This document shows positions 1 through 10,722 of a stretch of DNA of 64,000 nt, piece after piece (within the stretch, counting starts at the first letter, position 1; every line of letters begins with the position of its first letter). The stretch lies in contig CM059433.1 of the NCBI GenBank assembly GCA_030390025.1, positions 32,924,001 through 32,988,000 of the forward strand. Direction: 5' to 3'. The notes beneath the pieces were generated by a model. The model saw nothing but the letters and a program-made list of their open reading frames with translations, was not told the origin of the DNA and ran no database searches. A program made the translations under genes and the position numbers. The DNA comes from Squalus acanthias. Taxonomy: Eukaryota.

Positions 1-3000
1 AATTAATCCCTGTATCAATCATAGAATCAATCACATGGTCAATCACAGGATCTATCATAGCATCAATCAAATGATCAATTATAAGATCAGTCATGGAATC
101 AATTATAGGATCAATCGTAGCATCAATCACATGATCAATCACATAATAAATCACATGATCAATCACAGGATCAATCATAGAATTAATCTCATGATCAATC
201 GGAGGGTCAATCTTAGAATCAATCAATTGATCAATCACCGGATCAATCATAGAATCAATCACATGATCAATCACAGGATGTATCATAGGATCAATCACAT
301 GATCAATCACAGAGTCAATCATAGAATCAATCACATGATCAATCATAGAATCAATCCCAGGTTCAATCATAGAATCAATCACTTGATCTAACATAGAACC
401 AATCATAGGATCAATCACAGGATCAATTATAAAATCAATCCCAGGATCAATCATAGAATCAATCGCAGGATCAATCATGGGATCAATAACCGGATCAATC
501 ATAGAATCAATCAACTGATCAATCAGAGGATCAATCATAGAATCATTCTTAGTATCAATTATATAATCAATCAAATGATCAATCACATGTTCAGTCATAG
601 AATCCATCTCAGGATCAATCATAGAATCAATCACATGATCAATCATAGACTCATTCATGTGATCAATCAGATGATCAATCACAGCATCAATCATAGAATC
701 AATCACAGGATCAAGCATAGAATCAATCACATGAACAATCACAGGATCTATCGTAGAATCAATCACTTGATCAGTTACACAATCAATCATAGAAGCAATC
801 ACAGGATCAATCACAGGATCAATCATAGAATCAATCCCAGCATCAATCATAGAATCAATCCCAGTTTCAATCATAGAATCAATCACATGATCTAACAAAG
901 AACCAATCATAGGATCAATCACAGGATCAATTATAGAATCGATCAAATGTTCAGTCACAGGATTAATCATGGAATCAATCACAGGATCAATTATATAATC
1001 AATCACATGATCTACCAGAGTAACAATCATAAAATCAATCATAGAATCAATCACAGGATTAATTATACAATCAATCCCAGGTTCAATCATAGAATCAATC
1101 ACAGGATCAATCATGGCATCAGTCACCGGATCAATCATAGAATCAATCAACTGATCAATCGGAGGATCAATCATAGAATCAATCATAGTATCAATTATAT
1201 AATCAATCAAATGATCAATCACATGTTCAGTCATAGAATCCATCTCAGGATCAATCATAGAATCAATCACATCATCAATCATAGACTCACTCATGTGATC
1301 ATTCAGATGATCAATCACAGCATCAATCATAGTATCAATCACAGGATCAAGCATAGAATCAATCACATGAACAATCACAGGATCTATCGTAGAATCAATC
1401 ACATGATTAGTTACACAATCAATCATATAAGCAATCACAGGATCAATCACAGGATCAATCATAGAATCAATCCCAGCATCAATCATAGAATCAATCACAT
1501 GGTCAATCAAAGGATCAATCAGAGAATCAATCCCAGTATCAATCTTGGAATCAATAGCAGGATCAGTCATATAATGAATCGCAGGATCAATCACAGGATC
1601 AATCATAGAATCAATCACAGATCAAACATAGAATCAATCCTTGTATCAATCATAGAATCAATCGCATGGTCAAGCACAGGATCTATCATAGTATCACTCA
1701 AATGATCAATCATGAGATCAGTCATGGAATCAATTACAAGATCAATCATAGCATCAATCACATGATCAATCATATAATAAATCACATGATCAATCACAGG
1801 ATCAATCACATGATCAATCAAAGAATCAATCACGTGATCTATCACAGTATCAATCAAATGATCAATCATAAGATCAGTCATGGAATCAATTACAGGATCA
1901 ATCATAGCATCAATCACATGATCAACCATATAAAAAATCACATGATCAATCACAGGATCAATCATAGAATCAATCATAGAATCAAACACAGGATCAATCA
2001 TAGAATCAATCACATGATCAATCATAGAATCAATCACATAATCACTCACGGGATCAATCACATTATCAATTATAGAATCAATCAAATGTTCATTCACAGG
2101 ATCAATCATAGAATCAACCACAGGATCGATAATATGATCAACCACATGATCAATCAGAGGAACAATCATAAAATCAATCATAGAATCAATCACAGGAACA
2201 AGCATAGAATCAATCACAGGATCAAGCATAGAATTATTCATAGGATCAATCATAGAATCAGTCATAGAATCAATAACATGATCAAACATAGAATCAGTCA
2301 CATTATCAATCACAGGATAAATCATAGAATCAGTCAGATGATCAATCACAGGATCTATCATAGAATCAATAAAATAATCAATCATAAGATCAATCATAGA
2401 ATCAATCACAAGATCAATCACAGAATCAATGACATGACCAATCATATAATCAACCACATGATCAGGCACAGGATCAATCATAGAATCAATCATAGAATCA
2501 AACACAGGATCAATCATAGAATCAATCACATGATCAATCAAAGAAATCAATCACATGATCAATCACAGGATCAATCATAGAATCAATCACATGATCTGTC
2601 ATAGAATCAGTCACAGGATCAATCACATGATCAATCACAGAATCTATCATAGAATCAATCCCTGTATCAATCATAGTATCAATCACATGGTCAATCACAG
2701 GATCAATCATAGAATCAATCACATTATCAATCACAGGATCAATCATCGAATCATTCACATGATCAGTCACAGGATCTATCATAGAATCAATCACATGATC
2801 TATCATAGAACCAATCATAGCATACATCACAGGATCAATTATAGAATAAATCAAAAGTTCATTCACAGGATCAATCATAGAATCAACCACAGGATCAATA
2901 ATAAGGTCAATCACATGATCAATCAGAGGAACAATCATAAAATTAATCATAGAATCAATCACAGGATTAATTATATAATCAATCACAGGATCTAGCATAG

Positions 3001-3233
3001 AATCAATCACAGGATCAAGCATAGATTCAATCATAGAATCAATAACATGATCAATCAAAGAATCAATCACATAATCAATCACAGGATCAATCACAGAATC
3101 AATCACATGGTCAATCACAGGATCAATCAGGGAATCAATCACATTGTCAATCACAGGGTAAATGAGAGAATCATTCACATAATCAATCACAAGATCTATC
3201 AAGGACACAATCACATGATGAATCACACACTCA
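1..3233. repeat. 12-bp tandem satellite, consensus ATCAATCA(TAGA/CATG/CAGG), left of the LINE insertion
   Basis: Continuous head-to-tail 12-mers such as ATCAATCATAGA ATCAATCACATG ATCAATCACAGG, with scattered substitutions and rare 1-bp indels. They translate as (INHR/INHM)n on + and (MIDS/VIDH/VIDP)n on -. Confidence 0.98.
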
Positions 3234-3239
3234 CTCGAA

Positions 3240-5405
3240 ATGGAGAGCGAAGAAATTGACTCAGAGACTCAGGTCCTGAATTTAAACAAGGGGAATTATG
3301 ATGCCATTAGACGGGAACTGAGTAGGTCTGATTGGACAACGTTCCTGGGAGGACTGGAGGTAGATAAACAATGGCAAGCATTTAAAGATAGAATGACAAA
3401 ATTGCAAAAATTGTTTATACCAATCTGGCATAAAAGGAAATCTAAAAAGGTGACTCAACCGTGGATAACAGGGGAAATTAGAGACAGCATAAAATCCAAA
3501 GATAGGGCGTATAAAATAGCCAAAAAACGCGCCAGAGCGGAAGATTGGGAACAGTTTAAGATAGAGCAAAGGAGGGCAAAGGGCTTAATCAAGAAGGGCA
3601 AAATAGCTTACGAAAGCAAGCTGGCGGAAAATATAAAAACTAACTCCAAAAGCTTTTATAAGTATATCAAGAGGAAAAGACTGGTGAAAACCAAAGTTGG
3701 TCCATTGCAGTCAGATACGGGGGAATATATAATGGGAAATAAGGAAATGGCAGACCAACTAAATGCATACTTTGGGTCAGTCTTTACGAAGGAAGACACA
3801 AAAAACCTCCCTGGGATATCGGGAAAAATAGGGACATTGGCAAAGGAGGAACTGACGCAAATCAATATCTCTAAGGATATGGTGTTAAGGAAGCTAAAGG
3901 GATTGAAGGCGGACAAATCCCCAGGGCCTGATAACATGCATCCTAGGGTACTGAAGGAGGTGGCCCTAGAGATAGCGGATGCACTAAGCATGATTTTTCA
4001 GAATTCATTAGACTCGGGAACAGTGCCCATGGATTGGAGGGTAGCTAACGTTACCCCACTATTCAAAAAGGGGGGTAGGGAAAAAGCAGGTAATTACAGA
4101 CCTCTAAGCCTTACATCAGTTGTGGGCAAAATGCTGGAGTCCATCATTAAGGATGAAATAGCCGAGCACTTAGCAAATGGGGACAGGATAGGACAGAGTC
4201 AACATGGATTTACAAAGGGTAAATCGTGCTTGACTAATCTATTGGAATTTTTTGAGGGAGTAACTGGTAAAATAGATGGGGGAGAGCCAGTAGATGTGGT
4301 GTACCTGGACTTCCAAAAGGCCTTCGATAAGGTCCCACATAAAAGATTAGCATGGAAAATTGAAGCTCATGGGATAAAGGGGAAAGTATTGACGTGGATA
4401 GAGAACTGGCTGTCAGATAGAAAACAGAGAGTTGGAATAAACGGCTCATTTTCTGAATGGCAGGCAGTAACAAGTGGGGTACCACAGGGATCTGTCCTGG
4501 GTCCCCAGCTGTTCACAATTTATATTAATGACCTGGATCAGGGAGTCGAATGCAGCATTTCCAAATTTGCAGACGACACTAAACTAGGAGGGGGGGTGGG
4601 CTCAGAGGAGGAGACCAGGAAGCTCCAGAGCGATTTGGACAGACTGGGTGATTGGGCGGATAAATGGCAGATGCACTATAATGTGGACAAGTGCGAAGTT
4701 ATCCACCTTGGGTGCAGGAACGGGAGGGCAAATTATTATTTAAATGGCAATAAATTGGGAGAGGGGGAAGTACAGAGAGACCTGGGTGTTCTTGTACACC
4801 AGTCACTGAAGGCGAGCATGCAGGTGCAACAGGCGGTCAAGAAGGCAAACGGTATGCTGGCCTTCATAGCAAAAGGGTTGGAATACAGGAACAGGGATAC
4901 CTTGCTGCAGCTGTACAGGGCACTGGTGAGACCACACCTCGAGTACTGTGTACAGTTTTGGTCGCCTCATCTGAGGAAAGATGTTCTTGCCATGGAGGGG
5001 GTGCAGCGGCGATTCACCAGGCTGATACCAGGAATGGCGGGATTGACCTATGAGGAGAGACTATGTAGTTTAGGGATGTACACACTGGAGTTTAGAAGAT
5101 TGAGAGGGGACCTCATAGAAGTGTATAAAATTCTGACAGGTCTAGACAGATTAGATGCAGAAGGAATGTTTCCCTTGGCGGGTGAGAACAGAACTAGAGG
5201 ACATAATTTAAGGATAAGGGCTAAACCATTTAGGACAGAAATGAGGGGGAATTTCTTCACTCAGAGAGTGGTGAACCTGTGGAACTCATTGCCACAGAGG
5301 GCAGTGTACGCCAGCTCATTAAATATATTTAAGAGGGAATTAGATATATTTCTACAGGCAAAAGGGGTTAAGGGTTACGGAGAGAAGGCGGGGACGGGAT
5401 ACTGA
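3240..5405 (+). CDS. LINE ORF2 remnant (721 aa): linker, reverse transcriptase and C-terminal region; APE endonuclease domain lost by 5' truncation
   Basis: Non-LTR RT motifs in the expected order: KSPGPDNMHPRVLKE, WRVANVTPLFKKG, NYRPLSLTSVVGKMLE, QHGFTKGKSCLTNL, YLDFQKAFDKVPH, GVPQGSVLGPQLF.IYINDL, catalytic FADD (nt 4566-4577), RDLGV. The C-terminus is CR1-like (LVRPHLEYCVQFWSP, RRLRGDLIEVYKI, TRGH, FFTQRVVNLWNSLP). The ATG is most likely an internal Met of ORF2; the frame is closed upstream by TGA at 3219-3221 in the satellite. Confidence 0.92.
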   Translation: MESEEIDSETQVLNLNKGNYDAIRRELSRSDWTTFLGGLEVDKQWQAFKDRMTKLQKLFIPIWHKRKSKKVTQPWITGEIRDSIKSKDRAYKIAKKRARAEDWEQFKIEQRRAKGLIKKGKIAYESKLAENIKTNSKSFYKYIKRKRLVKTKVGPLQSDTGEYIMGNKEMADQLNAYFGSVFTKEDTKNLPGISGKIGTLAKEELTQINISKDMVLRKLKGLKADKSPGPDNMHPRVLKEVALEIADALSMIFQNSLDSGTVPMDWRVANVTPLFKKGGREKAGNYRPLSLTSVVGKMLESIIKDEIAEHLANGDRIGQSQHGFTKGKSCLTNLLEFFEGVTGKIDGGEPVDVVYLDFQKAFDKVPHKRLAWKIEAHGIKGKVLTWIENWLSDRKQRVGINGSFSEWQAVTSGVPQGSVLGPQLFTIYINDLDQGVECSISKFADDTKLGGGVGSEEETRKLQSDLDRLGDWADKWQMHYNVDKCEVIHLGCRNGRANYYLNGNKLGEGEVQRDLGVLVHQSLKASMQVQQAVKKANGMLAFIAKGLEYRNRDTLLQLYRALVRPHLEYCVQFWSPHLRKDVLAMEGVQRRFTRLIPGMAGLTYEERLCSLGMYTLEFRRLRGDLIEVYKILTGLDRLDAEGMFPLAGENRTRGHNLRIRAKPFRTEMRGNFFTQRVVNLWNSLPQRAVYASSLNIFKRELDIFLQAKGVKGYGEKAGTGY

Positions 5406-5417
5406 ATTGAAGGATCA

Positions 5418-5477
5418 GCCATGATCTCATTAAATGGCGGAGCAGGCTCGAAGGGCCGGATGGCCTACTCCTGCTCC
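5418..5477 (+). other. LINE 3' UTR stem-loops (putative RT recognition structure)
   Basis: GGAGCAGG (5439-5446) pairs with CCTGCTCC (5470-5477) and encloses GGCC-GGAT-GGCC (5454-5465). A second small hairpin is GCCAT (5418-5422) / ATGGC (5434-5438). A hairpin just before a terminal microsatellite is the established CR1/L2 3'-end architecture. Confidence 0.8.
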
Positions 5478-5482
5478 TATCT

Positions 5483-5508
5483 TCTATGTATCTATGTATC
5501 TATGTATC
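5483..5508 (+). repeat. LINE 3'-terminal octamer microsatellite (TCTATGTA)3 + TC
   Basis: Directly visible as tctatgta tctatgta tctatgta tc. The last ATC (5506-5508) is shared with the resumed satellite. Confidence 0.92.
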
Positions 5509-8163
5509 ATAGAATCAATCACAGGATCAATAATAGAATCAATCACATGATCAATCATATAATCAATCTCATGATCAATCGCAGGGTCAATCTTAGAATC
5601 AATCAATTGATCAATCACCGGATCAGTCATAGAATCAATCACATGATCAATCACAGGATGTATCTTAGGATCAATCACATGATCAATCACAGAGTCAATC
5701 ATAGAATCAATCCCAGGTTCAATCATAGAATCAATCAATTGATCTAACATAGAACCAATCATAGGATCAATCACAGGATCAATTATAAAATCAATCGCAG
5801 GATCAATCATGGGATCAATCACCGGATCAATCATAGAATCAATCAACTGATCAATCAGAGGATCAATCATAGAATCATTCTTAGTATCAATTATAGAATC
5901 AATCAAATGATCAATCACATGTTCAGTCATAGAATCCATCTCAGGATCAATCATAGAATCAATCACATGATCAATCATAGACTCATTCATGTGATCAATC
6001 AGATGATCAATCACAGCATCAATCATAGAATCAATCACATTATCAAGCATAGAATCAATCACATGAACAATCACAGGATCTATCGTAGAATCAATCACTT
6101 GATCAGTTACACAATCAATCATAGAAGCAATCACAGGATCAATCACAGGATCAATCATAGAATCAATCCCAGCATCAATCATAGAATCAATCCCAGTTTC
6201 AATCATAGAATCAATCACATGATCTAACATAGAACCAATCATAGGATCAATCACAGGATCAATTATAGAATCAATCAAATGTTCATTCACAGGATCAATC
6301 ATATAATCAACCACAGGATCAATAATATGATCAATAACATGATCAATCAGAGGAACAATCATAAAATCAATCATAGAATCAATCACAGGATTAATTATGT
6401 AATAAATCACGAATCAAGCATAGAATCAATCACAGGATCAAGCATAGATTCAATGATAGAATCAATAACATGATCAATCACAGGATCAATCACAGAATCA
6501 ATGACATTATCAATCACAGGATCAATCATAGAAATATTCACATGATCAATCACAGGATCTATCATAGAATCAATCAAATAATCAATCATAAGATCAGTCA
6601 TAGAATTAATTACAGGATAAATCATAGAATCAATCACATGATCAATCACAAGATCAATCATAGAATCAATCACATGATCAATCATATAATCAATCACATG
6701 ATCAAGCACAGGATCAATCATAGAATCAATCATCGAATCAAACACAGGATCAATCATAGAAGCAATCACATGATCAATCGTAGAATCAATCACATGATCA
6801 ATCATAGAATCAATCACATTATCAATCACAGGATCAATCATAGAATCATTCACATGATCAATCACAGGATCTATCATAGAATCAATCAAATAATCAATCA
6901 TAAGATCAGTCATAGAATTAATTACAGGATAAATCATAGAGTCAATCACATGATCAATCACAAGATCAATCATAGAATCAATCACATGATCAATCCTGGA
7001 ATCAATCACATGATTAATCACATGATCTGTCATACAATCAATCATCGAATCAAACACAGGATTAATCATAGAATAAATCACATGATAAATCATAGAATCA
7101 ATCACATGAACAATCACAGGATCAATCATAGAATTAATCACATGGTCTGTCATAGAATCAATCATAGAATCAATCACATGATCAATCACAGGATCAGTCA
7201 TAGAATTAATCCCTGTATCAATCATAGAATCAATCACATGGTCAATCACAGGATCTATCATAGCATCAATCAAATGATCAATTATAAGATCAGTCATGGA
7301 ATCAATTATAGGATCAATCGTAGCATCAATCACATGATCAATCACATAATAAATCACATGATCAATCACAGGATCAATCATAGAATCAATCATAGAATCA
7401 AACACAGCATCAATCATAGAATTAATCATATGATCAATCATAGAATCAATCACATGACCAATCACAAGGTCAATCACATGATCAATCATAGAGTCAATCA
7501 CAGGATCAATCATACAAGCAATCATAGAATCAATAGCATGATCAATCATAGAATCAATCACAGGATCAATCACAGGATCAATCATAGAATCAATCACATT
7601 ATCAATCACAGGATCAATCATAGAATCATTCACATGATCAATCACAGGATCAATCATAGAATCAATCACATGATCTATCATAGAACCAATCATAGCATAC
7701 ATCACAGGATCAATTATAGAATAAATCAAAAGTTCATTCACAGGATCAATCATAGAATCAACCACAGGATCAATAATAAGGTCAATCACATGATCAATCA
7801 GAGGAACAATCATAAAATCAATCATAGAATCAATCACAGGATTAATTATATAATCAATCACAGGATCAAGCATAGAATCAATCACAGGATCAAGCATAGA
7901 TTCAATCATAGAATCAATAACATGATCAATCAAAGAATCAATCACATAATCAATCACAGGATCAATCACAGAATCAATCACATGGTCAATCACAGGATCA
8001 ATCAGGGAATCAATCACATTGTCAATCACAGGGTAAATGAGAGAATCATTCACATAATCAATCACAAGATCTATCAAGGACACAATCACATGATGAATCA
8101 CACACTCAATCATAGAATCAATCACAGGATCAATAATAGAATCAATCACATGATCAATCATAT

Positions 8164-10722
8164 AATTAATCTCATGATCAATCGGAGGGTCAATCTTAGA
8201 ATCAATCAATTGATCAATCACCGGATCAGTCATAGAAACAATCACATGATCAATCACAGGATGTATCATAGGATCAATCACATGATCAATCACAGAGTCA
8301 ATCATAGAATCAATCACATGATCAATCATAGAATCAATCCCAGGTTCAATCATAGAATCAATCACTTGATCTAACATAGAACCAATCATAGGATCAATCA
8401 CAGGATCAATTATAAAATCAATCCCAGGATCAATCATAGAATCAATCGCAGGATCAATCATGGGATCAATAACCGGATCAATCATAGAATCAATCAACTG
8501 ATCAATCAGAGGATCAATCATAGAATCATTCTTAGTATCAATTATATAATCAATCAAATGATCAATCACATGTTCAGTCATAGAATCCATCTCAGGATCA
8601 ATCATAGAATCAATCACATGATCAATCATAGACTCATTCATGTGATCAATCAGATGATCAATCACAGCATCAATCATAGAATCAATCACAGGATCAAGCA
8701 TAGAATCAATCACATGAACAATCACAGGATCTATCGTAGAATCAATCACTTGATCAGTTACACAATCAATCATAGAAGCAATCACAGGATCAATCACAGG
8801 ATCAATCATAGAATCAATCCCAGCATCAATCATAGAATCAATCCCAGTTTCAATCATAGAATCAATCACATGATCTAACAAAGAACCAATCATAGGATCA
8901 ATCACAGGATCAATTATAGAATCGATCAAATGTTCAGTCACAGGATTAATCATGGAATCAATCACAGGATCAATTATATAATCAATCACATGATCTACCA
9001 GAGTAACAATCATAAAATCAATCATAGAATCAATCACAGGATTAATTATACAATCAATCCCAGGTTCAATCATAGAATCAATCACAGGATCAATCATGGC
9101 ATCAGTCACCGGATCAATCATAGAATCAATCAACTGATCAATCGGAGGATCAATCATAGAATCAATCATAGTATCAATTATATAATCAATCAAATGATCA
9201 ATCACATGTTCAGTCATAGAATCCATCTCAGGATCAATCATAGAATCAATCACATCATCAATCATAGACTCACTCATGTGATCATTCAGATGATCAATCA
9301 CAGCATCAATCATAGTATCAATCACAGGATCAAGCATAGAATCAATCACATGAACAATCACAGGATCTATCGTAGAATCAATCACATGATCAGTTACACA
9401 ATCAATCATATAAGCAATCACAGGATCAATCACAGGATCAATCATAGAATCAATCCCAGCATCAATCATAGAATCAATCACATGGTCAATCAAAGGATCA
9501 ATCAGAGAATCAATCCCAGTATCAATCTTGGAATCAATAGCAGGATCAGTCATATAATGAATCGCAGGATCAATCACAGGATCAATCATAGAATCAATCA
9601 CAGATCAAACATAGAATCAATCCTTGTATCAATCATAGAATCAATCGCATGGTCAAGCACAGGATCTATCATAGTATCACTCAAATGATCAATCATGAGA
9701 TCAGTCATGGAATCAATTACAGGATCAATCATAGCATCAATCACATGATCAATCATATAATAAATCACATGATCAATCACAGGATCAATCACATGATCAA
9801 TCAAATAATCAATCACGTGATCTATCACAGTATCAATCAAATGATCAATCATAAGATCAGTCATGGAATCAATTACAGGATCAATCATAGCATCAATCAC
9901 ATGATCAACCATATAAAAAATCACATGATCAATCACAGGATCAATCATAGAATCAATCATAGAATCAAACACAGGATCAATCATAGAATCAATCACATGA
10001 TCAATCATAGAATCAATCACATAATCACTCACGGGATCAATCACATTATCAATTATAGAATCAATCAAATGTTCATTCACAGGATCAATCATAGAATCAA
10101 CCACAGGATCGATAATATGATCAACCACATGATCAATCAGAGGAACAATCATAAAATCAATCATAGAATCAATCACAGGAACAAGCATAGAATCAATCAC
10201 AGGATCAAGCATAGAATTATTCATAGGATCAATCATAGAATCAGTCATAGAATCAATAACATGATCAAACATAGAATCAGTCACATGATCAATCACAAGA
10301 TCAATCATAGAATCAATCACATTATCAATCACAGGATAAATCATAGAATCAGTCAGATGATCAATCACAGGATCTATCATAGAATCAATAAAATAATCAA
10401 TCATAAGATCAGTCATAGAATCAATCACAAGATCAATCACAGAATCAATGACATGACCAATCATATAATCAACCACATGATCAGGCACAGGATCAATCAT
10501 AGAATCAATCATAGAATCAAACACAGGATCAATCATAGAATCAATCACATGATCAATCAAAGAAATCAATCACATGATCAATCACAGGATCAATCATAGA
10601 ATCAATCACATGATCTGTCATAGAATCAGTCACAGGATCAATCACATGATCAATCACAGAATCTATCATAGAATCAATCCCTGTATCAATCATAGTATCA
10701 ATCACATGGTCAATCACAGGAT
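8164..10722. repeat. Near-identical copy of 181-2703 (offset 7983, then 8019 after a 36-bp indel)
   Basis: Identical translated ORFs 575..895 = 8558..8878 and 947..1705 = 8930..9688. ORF 1666..2580 vs 9649..10599 differs mainly by 12 aa. Rare variants such as GGAGGGTCAATCTTAG and CTACCAGAGTAAC are shared. Confidence 0.9.

Larger units (their letters stand above)
3234..5505 (+). mobile_element. 5'-truncated CR1-clade non-LTR retrotransposon (LINE), 2272 bp
   Basis: Abrupt switch from satellite to complex sequence. It has an RT-encoding ORF, a 100-bp 3' UTR with an inverted repeat, and an octamer-repeat tail instead of poly(A). Boundaries come from the empty paralogous site CACACTCA|ATCATAGA at 8101-8116 and are ambiguous by a few bases because of junction microhomology. 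Confidence 0.95.

Noticed and set aside
3282..5260. Short antisense ORFs within the LINE (3282..3569, 3656..3991, 4234..4485, 5048..5260)
   Set aside because: Shadow frames opposite the RT ORF, with no recognisable motifs.
3234..5505. Telomerase-like model in which this RT synthesised the surrounding repeats
   Set aside because: The element contains no template for the 12-mer, its tail differs from the monomer and relates to the opposite strand, and the array pre-existed the insertion.
3226..5513. Target-site duplication flanking the LINE
   Set aside because: Comparison with 8101-8116 shows each flank base once. Apparent repeats on both sides are just satellite periodicity.
5421..5747. 108-aa ORF starting in the LINE 3' UTR and running into the satellite
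   Set aside because: Chance fusion of UTR, tail and the stop-free satellite frame.
6470..8374. Plus-strand His/Asn/Ile-rich ORFs (INHR)n, resembling a histidine-rich or metal-binding protein
   Set aside because: Same artefact (ATC AAT CAT AGA is stop-free). They overlap the antisense ORFs everywhere and are frequently broken by frameshifts.
6407..9601. 1064-aa minus-strand ORF (MIDS/VIDH/VIDP repeats) and all similar minus-strand ORFs
   Set aside because: A 12-bp unit repeats in frame, and the frame TCT ATG ATT GAT has no stop, so long ORFs are expected. They end at random indels or point stops and have no unique domain or visible gene structure.
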